The notes beneath the pieces were generated by a model, which was not told where the DNA came from, did not search any database, and worked only from the letters and a program-made list of their open reading frames with translations. This document shows positions 10,064-20,310 of a DNA stretch of 64,000 nucleotides, piece after piece; position 1 is the stretch's first letter, and each line of letters begins with the position of its first letter. Made by a program: the position numbers and the translations under genes. The stretch comes from Vampirovibrionaceae bacterium NZW_1234 (lineage in GTDB: Bacteria; Cyanobacteriota; Vampirovibrionia; Vampirovibrionales; JAGQHJ01), in contig JBGUGD010000014.1 in NCBI GenBank assembly GCA_041697335.1, positions 32,001-96,000 of the forward strand, in the 5' to 3' direction.

Positions 10064-11161
10064 TTAATCCCGAATCGGTGTTTTGGGAATGATCACTTTG
10101 GGCATCAAAGCGCTGCCACGAACCACCTGGTTCTTGCCTTGTTTTTTCGCTTCATACAAGGCCTTATCTGCCAGCTCTACCAACTCGAATGCGGTATGAT
10201 GCCGAGGATCCAGTTGGGCAACCCCAACACTAATGGTGATGGTTAAAGGGTTTTCAGGCAGGCAAAACACGGTCTGAGACACCAAGAGACGGATCCGCTC
10301 CAGTAATTCATAGGCTTCGGTTTCACGCGTCTCGGGCAAAATCAGGGCAAATTCTTCCCCGCCATAGCGAGCCGCCAAGTCGGACTCACGGATATTGTTA
10401 CGAATCAGGCGCCCCAACTCTCTCAGGATTCTATCACCTACCGGATGGCCATAGAAGTCATTGAGCCGCTTAAAGTCATCCAGGTCAAACAACGCCAAGG
10501 TTAAAGGTGCTTCATGGCGCCGGGCACGGGCAATTTCCTCATGAAGACGACTGTTAAACTGCCGCCGGTTGGTTAACCCTGTCAAGGCATCGGTTGCAGC
10601 CATCGATTGAAGCTTACCCACTTGTGTCGAGTGGGAGCGCAACAACGACGAGAGCATCAATCCATAAGCATACAGGCAGGCGCCCCAAGCCACCGCTGTC
10701 ACAATCATCTCGGCTAGCCCCAAGGTAAAAGACCTCGGGTAAGACAATGGAATACTGCCCAGCAACAGGACCCCGTGCCAGGCCATCAGTATCTTACTGA
10801 GCTTGGTCTGGCCTAAAAACTGGGCCTGCAGCACCGCAAAAAGCCCAAAGGAATAGACCAAAAAACTGCCTGTTAACAGGTAATTGATGGTTGTATAAAG
10901 CGCCAAAACAACGGGAATAAAGACACTTAAATGCAAAACAGTCTGAAGTTCAGCATCTCGAAGGCGCTTGACAACTTTGAGTAAAAATTCATTGCCCATT
11001 AAAAAGCCAAAATGGACCACCGCCAAACTCATTAAAATGGCTTTCCCACCCCAACCCGGATGATGCCACATCTGCGCAACAGTCAGCCCCACCAGAGTCA
11101 ACACCAATAGGCGATTAAAGCGGAAAATCGACTTAAATTGTGTTTCCACCATGGCAAGCAT
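10064..11161 (-). CDS. Membrane-bound diguanylate cyclase (GGDEF)
   Basis: About 6 TM segments; DALTGLTNRR, DLDDFKRLND, I-site RESD, RYGGEEF. Confidence 0.95.
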   Translation of the reverse strand: MLAMVETQFKSIFRFNRLLVLTLVGLTVAQMWHHPGWGGKAILMSLAVVHFGFLMGNEFLLKVVKRLRDAELQTVLHLSVFIPVVLALYTTINYLLTGSFLVYSFGLFAVLQAQFLGQTKLSKILMAWHGVLLLGSIPLSYPRSFTLGLAEMIVTAVAWGACLYAYGLMLSSLLRSHSTQVGKLQSMAATDALTGLTNRRQFNSRLHEEIARARRHEAPLTLALFDLDDFKRLNDFYGHPVGDRILRELGRLIRNNIRESDLAARYGGEEFALILPETRETEAYELLERIRLLVSQTVFCLPENPLTITISVGVAQLDPRHHTAFELVELADKALYEAKKQGKNQVVRGSALMPKVIIPKTPIRD

Positions 11162-11194
11162 CACCCCAGGTTGTTGGTCTTGGCATCCAGGAAA

Positions 11195-12523
11195 TTATAC
11201 TACGTCTTCCCAGCCGTCACCACCGGCCAGCATTTCACGGTTCAATTCGCCTTCACTGGCGGCAACAACGGTGGCAACCACACAATCATCCATCACATTC
11301 ACCGTCGTCCGGCACATATCCATAATCCGATCGACGGCCCAAAGCAAGGACAAGCCCTCCATCACCTGATCCGGACGAAAACCACCGATGCCATTCAGAA
11401 TGACGGCCATGGTAATCATCCCGGCTGCGGGTACCCCGGCCGCTCCAATGGAGGCAATAATCGAGAGAATAATGATGGCCACAATGGTGGTGAAATCCAG
11501 GGGAATATGATAGAGCTGCGCCAAAAACATAACAGAGATCACTTCGAACATCGTGGTCCCGTTCATATTCATACTAACCCCGGCCGGAAGCACAAAACTG
11601 GCAATGCGATTTGAGACCCCGGCTCGCCGTTCGATACAGGCCAGGGTAACCGGCAACGTGGCCGAACTGGAGGCTGTTCCAAAAGCCACCAGGATGGCTT
11701 CGGAAATGGCCCGGTACAGATCCATAAAATTCACCCGGGCCAGGACATACAGCAGCACCGGGTAGACAAGCACAATCTGCAACATCAGGGCCAGCAACAA
11801 TGCCCCCATGTAGGGCATCATCTCGGTAAACAACTTGGTTCCACCGTGAGAGACGGCTGTAAACGTCAGTGCGAAGACCCCTGGGACAGCAAAAATCATA
11901 ACCCAGTCGACAATTTTCATGGTGGCCGCAAAGACCCCTTCAAAAAAGGCAATGAAGGGACGAGCCGTGTCGCCAATGAAGGACATGGCCGAGCCAAACA
12001 GCAGAGTGAACACGATAACCGGAACCAGGTCCCGTTTGGCCAGAGATTCAAAAGGGTTCTGCGGAATCAGGTTGAGCAAGACATCCTTTAATGAGCGAAT
12101 ATGCCCGGCATCCGTCGGCATAAAAGGATTAATGCCGGTGACAATATGAAATTCCTTGGGGAAATTTGCCCCGGGTGCCACATAATAAGCAATCAAGGCA
12201 GCAACAGATGCTGAAATGGTCATGGTCAAGGCAAACAGGGCGATGGTTTTAAAACCAATTTTGCCAAGCTGCCGTCCATCTCCCAGAGAGCTCATCCCAA
12301 TAATCAGAGAGCTGATAATCAGCGGAATGGCCAACATCGCCACAAGACGAATAAACATCTGCCCGACCAGTTCAAAGGCCTGATGGGCAAATGTGGGATG
12401 CTCGGGATTATAAGGTAACCATGCGCCCAGCACGACACCCAATAAAATGGCAATGAAAATATGCCAATGACGCTTGGTGCCAAGCCCCAGCGCAACGAGA
12501 ATCATCAATAAATTCCGCATCAA
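11195..12523 (-). CDS. Dicarboxylate/amino acid:cation symporter (DAACS)
   Basis: AFGTASSSATLP, MNMNGT, GAAGVP, DRIMDMCRTTVNV. Confidence 0.95.
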   Translation of the reverse strand: MMRNLLMILVALGLGTKRHWHIFIAILLGVVLGAWLPYNPEHPTFAHQAFELVGQMFIRLVAMLAIPLIISSLIIGMSSLGDGRQLGKIGFKTIALFALTMTISASVAALIAYYVAPGANFPKEFHIVTGINPFMPTDAGHIRSLKDVLLNLIPQNPFESLAKRDLVPVIVFTLLFGSAMSFIGDTARPFIAFFEGVFAATMKIVDWVMIFAVPGVFALTFTAVSHGGTKLFTEMMPYMGALLLALMLQIVLVYPVLLYVLARVNFMDLYRAISEAILVAFGTASSSATLPVTLACIERRAGVSNRIASFVLPAGVSMNMNGTTMFEVISVMFLAQLYHIPLDFTTIVAIIILSIIASIGAAGVPAAGMITMAVILNGIGGFRPDQVMEGLSLLWAVDRIMDMCRTTVNVMDDCVVATVVAASEGELNREMLAGGDGWEDVV

Positions 12524-12624
12524 CTCGTCCGATTTTCCACTACATCAACTGCTTTCCATTATAAGAAGGTTTGAGGCAATGGGGAATCCGTCGATGCGGA
12601 ATTTACTCTTTTAGAATGACAAAC

Positions 12625-12843
12625 TTATTGCCAAGCGTCTTTGCGGCGAACCCCCTTCATTTGCTTAGCACGCTTGTGTGTTTTGTTGTACAGCTTCGAC
12701 AAAGCTTCATGGGCGTCTTCTAAGAATTCAGTATTGACGGGGGCATCATCCATCTCCACCAAATCAGACATATGACCCATCCGGGGGTTATTCGACACTT
12801 CATATGCCTGATCGTCCCAAATATTGCGCCGTCGCTTAGTCAC
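12625..12843 (-). CDS. Small hypothetical protein
   Basis: 72-aa ORF with SD AGGAGA and its own sigma-28-like promoter. Confidence 0.6.
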   Translation of the reverse strand: MTKRRRNIWDDQAYEVSNNPRMGHMSDLVEMDDAPVNTEFLEDAHEALSKLYNKTHKRAKQMKGVRRKDAWQ

Positions 12844-12908
12844 GGGTACTATCTCCTATTCATTCGATTGTTTGACTTCGAGGAATCACTCACAGTGATC
12901 TACCCCCC

Positions 12909-12936
12909 ATATCGTCGAAACAGGGACCAAACTTTA
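12909..12936 (-). promoter_or_regulatory. Sigma-28-like promoter
   Basis: Minus strand TAAAGTTT-N12-GACGATAT (E. coli FliA consensus TAAAGTTT-N11-GCCGATAA; B. subtilis SigD -10 GCCGATAT). Confidence 0.6.
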
Positions 12937-12954
12937 GGGTTTTGCATATAAAAT

Positions 12955-13980
12955 TTATAGACAATTGATCTCTTTGGTCAGGTGACAGTGGGCCGAATGT
13001 CCCGGGAGGTAGTCTGTCATCTGGGGAATATCGTGAGAACATATTTCAATCTTATATGGACACCGCGTGTGGAAGCGACATCCGGATGGAGGATTTGCCG
13101 GGGACGGTAGGTCACCTTCCAACAGCAAGCGTTTTGAGTAGTCGTAATTGGGATCGGGTACGGCTACGGCGCTTAACAAAGCCTTTGTATACGGATGCAG
13201 TGGCCGATCGTACAATTCACCAGCCTTAGCCACTTCCACCACTTCACCCAGGTACATCACCGCCACCCGATCGCTAATATACTCAACCACACTCAAATTA
13301 TGAGCAATGAACAAGTAGGTCAGGCCGAATTCTTTTTTCAAATCCATCATCAGATTCAGAATTTGAGCTTGAACACTAACGTCCAAAGCACTGACAGGCT
13401 CATCAGCGACAATAAATTTGGGTTTCAAAGCCAATGCCCGGGCAATGCCCACGCGTTGTCGCTGCCCACCTGACAATTCATGAGGGTAACGACCATAGGC
13501 ATCCTTGGGCAAGCCTACCAAGTCTAACAAACGACGAACTTCATTTTGCAGGGCAACCCCACGGAAGACCCGATGAATGCGAAAGGGTTCGGCAATGGAA
13601 TCCCCGATAGACATCCGGGGGTCCAGGCTGGAATAGGGATTTTGAAAGACAATCTGCATATCCCGACGCCAGGCACGAAGCTCCCTGGGACTCAATTGGG
13701 TTAAATCCTGCCCTTCAAACAAAACCCGTCCAGACGTGGGGCGAAGCAACTGAAGGATGCATCGGCCCAAAGTCGACTTTCCACAACCGGACTCACCCAC
13801 CACACCCAACGTTTCCCCTTTATAGATGTCCAAAGAGACGTTGGTCACCGCCTGAATCTGCCCTACCGTCCGGTTAAAAAATCCTTTTCGTATGGGAAAT
13901 TCCTTGGTCACATTCTCCAGCCGGATCAGGGTCTCCTGCTGAGCACGGGATTGATTCTCGGTCGCCGCCTGTGTGGCCAT
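12955..13980 (-). CDS. Oligopeptide/dipeptide ABC transporter ATP-binding protein (OppF/DppF type)
   Basis: GESGCGKST, LSGGQRQR, ADEPVSALD, HPYTKALL, PSGCRFHTRCP. Confidence 0.95.
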   Translation of the reverse strand: MATQAATENQSRAQQETLIRLENVTKEFPIRKGFFNRTVGQIQAVTNVSLDIYKGETLGVVGESGCGKSTLGRCILQLLRPTSGRVLFEGQDLTQLSPRELRAWRRDMQIVFQNPYSSLDPRMSIGDSIAEPFRIHRVFRGVALQNEVRRLLDLVGLPKDAYGRYPHELSGGQRQRVGIARALALKPKFIVADEPVSALDVSVQAQILNLMMDLKKEFGLTYLFIAHNLSVVEYISDRVAVMYLGEVVEVAKAGELYDRPLHPYTKALLSAVAVPDPNYDYSKRLLLEGDLPSPANPPSGCRFHTRCPYKIEICSHDIPQMTDYLPGHSAHCHLTKEINCL

Positions 13981-14123
13981 CTTACCTCACTGATATAAGG
14001 GATGTCGCATCCTGCCTCGAACATCCCTATTGTATCGTATTTAGTCCGGTTGGCATAATAAACGACAAGGGCTAAGCCGACTTATATGTGCCTATCCCTA
14101 ACAGACTCCCGAGCCAGACACGC

Positions 14124-14465
14124 TTACCGATGAAAAGCAAAATACACGGCGCCAACCAGGCACAGGAACGACCACAGATGATTCCACCCCAGCTGTTCCT
14201 TAAAATACCAGGTTGTAAACCCGGCAAAAACCACCAAGGTAATACACTCTTGCAGCACTTTTAACTGGGACGGGCTCATCACACCATAACCAATGCGATT
14301 TGCCGGGACCTGGAAGCAGTACTCAAAAAAGGCCAGCCCCCAGCTCATTAGAATGGCCACTAACAGGGACCACTTGGGAAACTTTAAATGACTGTACCAG
14401 GCAAAGGTCATAAAAATATTCGCAATAATCAATAGAATCAGGGTCCAAAGTGGGATGCCAAACAT
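14124..14465 (-). CDS. DMT family (DUF486-type) membrane protein
   Basis: ANIFMTFAWYSHLK, SWGLAFFEYCFQVPANRIG, QLKVLQE. Confidence 0.9.
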   Translation of the reverse strand: MFGIPLWTLILLIIANIFMTFAWYSHLKFPKWSLLVAILMSWGLAFFEYCFQVPANRIGYGVMSPSQLKVLQECITLVVFAGFTTWYFKEQLGWNHLWSFLCLVGAVYFAFHR

Positions 14466-14605
14466 AAACTACCCAAGCCACAATCCTAATGTTGATCATT
14501 TAATTATAAAGGACATTCAATAGGGGCAACACACTTGCCTTGCAGATGCCACATGTTTTTGGGATAGTGTCCTCCAAATAGCATCGGTTTTGGGAGTGAG
14601 ACATT

Positions 14606-15574
14606 ATGCCTTGGGATGTCACGGCATTACATTCTGCCAATAATAGTTGTTTTTATAGCCCTAAAACTCAAAATTTCACTCATAGCGTTCCCAGGATCGC
14701 TTCTAAACACGATGGGATTTATTTTGGAAAGGCAATAACCCTGATCCCCATCACACGCCTGGTCATTGATGGCAAGCCAACTCCCCAATCAGCGGAACAA
14801 AGCTTGCTTCTGGCTTTAAAACAGTGGCCCAAAGGAACACGTTCTACCTTTTTGATGACTCCAGGCGGTTTCCTAACCGTCCAGGCAGCCACAAATGTCT
14901 TTCGAAAAACCGGATGGGAAAGCCAACCCGTAGACTTGGCACGGGCCAAAAACCTGGCAGAGGAGGCTATTAAGACAACCCTGACACAGGAATTCTACCG
15001 CGCAGCTCAGTCCAAGATTCGTTACCTGACCCTGGGCGTGGATGTTGTGACAGATACGACCTTCAAGACACCTCATGCGGAACTGGTCGCCGTTGTTGAC
15101 ATTCAACAGCGAAAAATCGTCCACTGGACAGGGAAGTCTTATCCCCACAGTAAGCAGGAACACACGCTGGTCCACGAAACCAATCTCAACAGTCATCTCT
15201 TTACCACAGATACCCAAGACAAAGTGTTGATTTTGGGCTGCCACGACCTCAATCTGTTTAGCCCTCGCGCATTTCATAACCAAAGTCCCGGCAGCATGCG
15301 GCGTCGCAGGACCGAAGCTATGGAAACCACTGTGGCACCTCACCCGGATATCCGGTTCATTCTCCAACACCCACACGGCACAGATACCCCCAATATCTGG
15401 CGTGGTGCCTGGAGTGCCATCCAGCGTAAATTTCCCCATCTTACCGCCTGGGCCAGCGCCGTTGGCTATTTCAACTTCAATGGCGGCAAGCCAAGGCAGC
15501 CTCTGGCACGTGTTCTCACCCAAACCCGAGACAGCGCCCAGCACGTTCAGGACATCGTGGTGAAGCTCCCTTGA
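14606..15574 (+). CDS. Hypothetical protein, carbon-nitrogen hydrolase-like
   Basis: WTGKSYP (Lys) and ILGCHDL (Cys) motifs; TPGGF where PE is normally found. Confidence 0.5.
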   Translation: MPWDVTALHSANNSCFYSPKTQNFTHSVPRIASKHDGIYFGKAITLIPITRLVIDGKPTPQSAEQSLLLALKQWPKGTRSTFLMTPGGFLTVQAATNVFRKTGWESQPVDLARAKNLAEEAIKTTLTQEFYRAAQSKIRYLTLGVDVVTDTTFKTPHAELVAVVDIQQRKIVHWTGKSYPHSKQEHTLVHETNLNSHLFTTDTQDKVLILGCHDLNLFSPRAFHNQSPGSMRRRRTEAMETTVAPHPDIRFILQHPHGTDTPNIWRGAWSAIQRKFPHLTAWASAVGYFNFNGGKPRQPLARVLTQTRDSAQHVQDIVVKLP

Positions 15575-15639
15575 GGTTTCCAGCGTCTTATGGGATAGTC
15601 TAAACAAAGCGTTCACCCCAACCTCTGGAAAATGCCTCA

Positions 15640-16368
15640 ATGCCCTCAACTGTCCCAAAAGCTCAGACAATAGCCCCCTCCAAGTCACCGGACGTTATTT
15701 CAGGGATGTTCAACCGCATCGCCAAGACCTATGACTTGTTGAATGATTGCATGACCGGCGGCATGCACCGGATTTGGAAGCAACAAGCCTGCCAGGCTCT
15801 CCAACTAAAGCCAGGCCAGCGTGTTTTGGATGTGTGCACAGGCACCGGGGATTTGGCCTCCTATCTCAGCACCCTGGTTGGCCCTCAAGGCCAGGTGACC
15901 GGCATCGATTTTTCTGCCCAAATGCTGCATGTGGCCCGCAAACGCTTTGGACACATTCCCCAGATCGATTGGATCCAGGGCGACGCTCTGGCCTTGCCCT
16001 TTGAAGACAACTGTTTTGATGGATGCATCATTAGTTTTGGTTTACGCAATGTATCTTCCGTGGAACAAGCCTTGTCTGAAATGGCTCGTGTGACGCGCCC
16101 CGGCGGCTGGGTGATCAACCTGGATACCGCTTCGGACTGTAAAAATCCGTTATTTTGGCTTTATTTTTCAACCATCATGCCTCTTTTAGGCAAACTCCTT
16201 GCCCGGGATCAACAGGCCTACCAATACTTATGCCGATCGACCCAAAGTTTTGCCCCGCCGCCTCAGTTGGCCCAAACCCTCTCTGGCCTTGGGCTTCAGG
16301 ATGTCGAAATCGTTTACATGGGATTCGGTTCGGTATCCTATCAACGAGGCCAAAAGCCTTTAGCTTAA
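15640..16368 (+). CDS. menG: Demethylmenaquinone methyltransferase (MenG/UbiE)
   Basis: MFNRIAKTYDLLND, VLDVCTGTGD, GDALALPF, FGLRNV, AYQYL. Confidence 0.9.
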   Translation: MPSTVPKAQTIAPSKSPDVISGMFNRIAKTYDLLNDCMTGGMHRIWKQQACQALQLKPGQRVLDVCTGTGDLASYLSTLVGPQGQVTGIDFSAQMLHVARKRFGHIPQIDWIQGDALALPFEDNCFDGCIISFGLRNVSSVEQALSEMARVTRPGGWVINLDTASDCKNPLFWLYFSTIMPLLGKLLARDQQAYQYLCRSTQSFAPPPQLAQTLSGLGLQDVEIVYMGFGSVSYQRGQKPLA

Positions 16369-16620
16369 AGCCTGATTTCTATAATGAATCACATTCACAA
16401 AGTATTTACCTGGACTTACAGGTTTAAAAAGCGGGCTTTTTTGGAATAATAGTAAAAACGACATTTACCTTCAACAAAAAGGACATCCCACAACCCATGA
16501 CAACAAAAGCACTGCCCTGAGGCCCAACTCAATCTGGATAGATATGGACAAAACGCGTCGAATTTCTCCAGCTTCTACAGCTAAAACCCGAAAAACCTCA
16601 CAGAGAAATGATTTCGCCAG

Positions 16621-16702
16621 ATCGACGCAAGCAAAAACGACGCGAACTCGACGCGATTTCAACGCTGTTTTGTCGATCAACCATCGATCAAACGTCGATC
16701 AA
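16621..16702. repeat. 11-bp phased direct repeat array in a convergent intergenic region
   Basis: CGACGCGA at 16638 and 16649, CAACGC at 16660, TCGATCAA at 16673, 16684 and 16695. Confidence 0.75.
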
Positions 16703-16735
16703 TCCCACGCTTCCTCTCTGCCGGGTCCACGTTTT

Positions 16736-17050
16736 TCAGGAGGAAACCTCGTTAAACTGATGAGGCTTTATCTGGTGCAGCCAACGACCAAACTGCCACC
16801 GCTCATAGCTTTCGCAATAAAAATACAGGGTCTTCAACAGCGTGTCACCGGTCGAAGACTTACCAATAAACACCGGATGCCCTGCCAATTCAAATAATTC
16901 GATTTCCGTATGGATCACCTTGCTCACCTGGGTAGAGGGTGTTGGCTCAGCAAGGACGTTTAACAGCCAGGCATGAAGTATTTCGACAGCCGAGCTGTCC
17001 ATGTCTTCAAACTGGTCTTTTAAAACATCGCTAAAGGCTTCTAAAATCAT
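16736..17050 (-). CDS. Hypothetical protein
   Basis: 104-aa ORF with SD GGAG, downstream of and co-oriented with the rpe operon. Confidence 0.65.
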   Translation of the reverse strand: MILEAFSDVLKDQFEDMDSSAVEILHAWLLNVLAEPTPSTQVSKVIHTEIELFELAGHPVFIGKSSTGDTLLKTLYFYCESYERWQFGRWLHQIKPHQFNEVSS

Positions 17051-17100
17051 ACCGTTCTCTTACGCTCCCCCACCATCCAGGGGTCCATACGAATTAGACT

Positions 17101-17820
17101 CTATTGTACCAGACCGGGTTCCATAGGGACTGAATGATAGCAAACCCCACGGACACAATACTTCAGATGCACGACTTGCGGATGCACCGGATCTCCGGGC
17201 TCAACAACCAACTCCACAGTCGACTCCCCTTTTTTCAACTTCTTGAGTGGGGCCGACGAAGATTTGACAGGCAAAACCACCTCAATACTTCCCTTTTGTT
17301 TGACCACTAAGCAAACTTGGGCGCCTGCTCCGTCGTCTCGCCCTGAATCCTCTTGGGAGCCGATTTCCGGATACTGCTTTCGTTTCTTCGGCTTATCGCC
17401 ATCATCAGCGTGGGGTGTTCGAAAATGCTCTTTACCCGCTTCAAAACTTCGCACCGGAACTTCCGGCCGGGTTTTCTGCAAGTGCTTATTAATGGTTTCG
17501 TCAATAATATCCAACTTAACGTGGTGGTAGCCTGTCGGCAAGGTAATTTCTCCAACCTGAAGGGGTTGGTAAACCAAGAGCAAGGCATAGGGAGAATAAT
17601 GTTGCCGATAGTAATCCTGAAATTCTTTGAAGTCGGTATTTTCATATGGCGGGACCGGCAGCGGGTAAAACTCCCTTGGCGTCTTAACGGTTGATTTTCC
17701 CACAGTGCTTCGGGGATCAATAATATAGCTACTCTCATATTCAGCCCAGGCGGCCCATCCTGAGTTCAGGATCAGCACCAAGAATACAACCAAAGAAATT
17801 GGGCGAACTAGCCAGGGCAT
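17101..17820 (-). CDS. Hypothetical exported protein (Sec-type signal peptide)
   Basis: Hydrophobic N-terminus ending AWA; start overlaps the 3' end of rpe. Confidence 0.65.
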   Translation of the reverse strand: MPWLVRPISLVVFLVLILNSGWAAWAEYESSYIIDPRSTVGKSTVKTPREFYPLPVPPYENTDFKEFQDYYRQHYSPYALLLVYQPLQVGEITLPTGYHHVKLDIIDETINKHLQKTRPEVPVRSFEAGKEHFRTPHADDGDKPKKRKQYPEIGSQEDSGRDDGAGAQVCLVVKQKGSIEVVLPVKSSSAPLKKLKKGESTVELVVEPGDPVHPQVVHLKYCVRGVCYHSVPMEPGLVQ

Positions 17821-18500
17821 GGAGCAGGGTTTCCTTGCGGCCAACGCAATTGATCGATCACTGTTTTCATATCGACCGATGCGTTAAAAACTGCAGACCC
17901 CGCAACTAAAACCTGGGCTCCCGCGTCGCGGATGGCTTGGGCATTTTTGGGCGACACCCCGCCATCGACTTCGATAAAAATATTCCGCCCAGCCACCATG
18001 GCCTTTAAACGCCGGAGCTTGTCCAGGGTGGAGGGAATAAAAGATTGCCCGCCAAACCCGGGACTGACCGACATAATCAAGACCAGATCCACAATGTCGA
18101 GAACTTCTTCCAGGACCACCAAGGGCGTCGACGGGTTCAAAGAGACACCTGCCAGGGCCCCCAATTCTTTAATCTGATGCAAGGTCCGATTCAAATGGGG
18201 GCAAGCTTCGGCATGGACCGTAATCACGTCGGCTCCCGCTGCCTTGAAGTCCGCCAAATAGCGCTCAGGTTTCTCAATCATCAAATGCACATCAAAGGGA
18301 AGCTTGCTGTAATGGCGAAGGCTTTCAATGACCGGGGGTCCAATGGTCAGATTGGGCACAAAATGCCCATCCATCACATCCACATGAATCCAATCCGCCT
18401 GGGCGTCTTCGAGATCCCGCAAGGCCTCAGCCAGGCGAGCAAAATCTGCTGAAAGTATGGATGGTGAAACCAGCGGACGGTCCGTATAGGTCAGCGCCAT
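17808..18500 (-). CDS. rpe: Ribulose-phosphate 3-epimerase
   Basis: [50 protein letters not shown]. Confidence 0.97.
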   Translation of the reverse strand: MALTYTDRPLVSPSILSADFARLAEALRDLEDAQADWIHVDVMDGHFVPNLTIGPPVIESLRHYSKLPFDVHLMIEKPERYLADFKAAGADVITVHAEACPHLNRTLHQIKELGALAGVSLNPSTPLVVLEEVLDIVDLVLIMSVSPGFGGQSFIPSTLDKLRRLKAMVAGRNIFIEVDGGVSPKNAQAIRDAGAQVLVAGSAVFNASVDMKTVIDQLRWPQGNPAPCPG

Positions 18501-18569
18501 GGAAAGCCCCTCGTCTTGTTGCCAATGCTCTTCGATTGTACCACTTGAAGGGTTTGATTCACACCTGAA

Positions 18570-18600
18570 CAAAAGCGCCCCCAAATAGGCAGGCGCTTTT
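18570..18600. terminator. Intrinsic terminator
   Basis: AAAAGCGCC...GGCGCTTTT downstream of the small minus-strand ORF. Confidence 0.6.
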
Positions 18601-18632
18601 CCAAATCTCCACAGTAAACCGTGTACCCAAAT

Positions 18633-18851
18633 CTAGCCCATACCTAGCGTCCGTTTTTCTTGATCAGGATTCTGGTTCATCATGCCAAAGTTATCCGGCT
18701 TCTTATCGGACCAGCCAGCCACATAAGCCATTTGATCCTTGAAGCCCTTTTGACCCGGTAAATTTACATTCTCGGAATTTTGCGTCGATTGCGTATTATT
18801 TAAAAACGGATTTCCCGATACTGCCTTAGTCGGATCGAATCCCATTCTCAT
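18633..18851 (-). CDS. Small hypothetical low-complexity protein
   Basis: SD GGAGG before ATG 18851; followed by a terminator. Confidence 0.55.
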   Translation of the reverse strand: MRMGFDPTKAVSGNPFLNNTQSTQNSENVNLPGQKGFKDQMAYVAGWSDKKPDNFGMMNQNPDQEKRTLGMG

Positions 18852-19263
18852 ATGCCTTGCGTCCTCCATCTGCTAAAAAGTGTCTTAACGCTGACGTCTC
18901 TCAACCAATACCAGGAGCATCGTCTTGAATACGATTTTGGCCGATGTCCACTTGGTATTTGTATAAAAACAGATCACGCCAACCTTCGTGATACTCCAAG
19001 GCCCAATTTAATAGACTCTTTAGAATGATTAGGGCTCTAAAAAAGCCCCTTATTAAGGCAGTATCACTTCATCCGCTGATTTCTGCATCTCACCTCTTAA
19101 TAAAATGTCTCAACAGCGTCCAAAAAGTGCCTTTCAATTGACATCCTGGTTGATATCACAACCAATATCACAGCGTACACAATAATATATCTATTTTCCT
19201 CAAAGCTCAATATAGGTACTTTTTAGCAGATCATCAATGCTCTGCTGGGCCCGTGTAAAAATC

Positions 19264-19291
19264 AAAACGAGGTGCCTTGGACACCTCGTTT
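19264..19291. terminator. Intrinsic terminator
   Basis: AAAACGAGGTG...CACCTCGTTTT. Confidence 0.7.
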
Positions 19292-19333
19292 TGTTTACTT
19301 GGATTCATGTGATTTAATGGATACCCGAATTTG

Positions 19334-20005
19334 TTATCGCACCCAGGGTACAATGACCCCACGTTTGGCCATCTCACAGGCAAACAAAATGCCATTGGCA
19401 CTGTAAATCCAGCGATTCCGAGGAATTTGCTCAGAAAGCGGCCGGAAGTATTGCTGTAAAGACGGATCCTGCAACCAAGCCGGGTTAAACCCTTCCGGTA
19501 AACCATAGGGATTATTGGCCGGAAGTCCACCGCCCATTCCAAAGCCAGGCGTTCCAGTAATCCCAGGCGTTACCACCCCAGGAACACCAATGGCAGGCAT
19601 GCCTGTAATTCCCACGGTGGGTGCCGCCCCAAAGCCAACTCCTGGTGTCACGCCATAAGAGTATCCAGGTATAACACCTGTCGCTCCATAAGGAGCATAG
19701 CCACCTGCGACACCGGGCATCACAGTCGCCCCGTAAGGTGCATAACCTGAAACGACGCCAGGCATCGTTGGAACGCTACCCCCAGCAGACATGGCTCCAA
19801 GAGGCAACGTAAAGGTTATGCTTGTGGGAGCACCGGCTCCAGCCGAAATCATTGGGAAAGTTGTCCCTGCGGGAACACCACCTGTGGATCCACTGAATAG
19901 AATAGGTGCACCGACACCCGGACTGCCACCAATTGCTCCCCCAGTGGGATTAGACCCAACGCTGCAGTTAAAATTAAACGTGCAGCTCATTTGCATATAA
20001 CTCAT
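19334..20005 (-). CDS. Gly/Pro/Tyr-rich low-complexity protein with small C-terminal domain
   Basis: SD GGAGG; repeated MPGV..GYAPYGAT units; terminator downstream. Confidence 0.7.
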   Translation of the reverse strand: MSYMQMSCTFNFNCSVGSNPTGGAIGGSPGVGAPILFSGSTGGVPAGTTFPMISAGAGAPTSITFTLPLGAMSAGGSVPTMPGVVSGYAPYGATVMPGVAGGYAPYGATGVIPGYSYGVTPGVGFGAAPTVGITGMPAIGVPGVVTPGITGTPGFGMGGGLPANNPYGLPEGFNPAWLQDPSLQQYFRPLSEQIPRNRWIYSANGILFACEMAKRGVIVPWVR

Positions 20006-20310
20006 GCTGTCCTCCAAAAGTCCCTGCGTGATTAACCCCTTGTATCATCCGAAATGAGAAAAATGATTTTCTATATGTACAAAAACAAATTTTTTATTAA
20101 TACTGACCATTTGTTAATATTTTTTTTAAACTTGTTACAATCCGCTAAAAAACCGAACCACGCATATTTCAACCATATTTTTATATAAACAATAATTAAA
20201 AATCTTTAGCCTTCACTCACCTCTGATTCAAGCGGGGCACTAATTATTACAACCAAAAGCCCTTGCTTTGTACTCAGAGCAAGGGCTTGAAACTTTTGAT
20301 AAGGTTGCCT

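Noticed and set aside
16621..16702. Repeat array as a CRISPR
   Set aside because: Units are 8 bp with 3-bp gaps; no spacers and no cas genes.
16544..16897. 117-aa basic ORF across the phased repeats
   Set aside because: Overlaps the 16736-17050 gene antisense, has no clear SD, and the 11-bp period argues for a DNA-level pattern.
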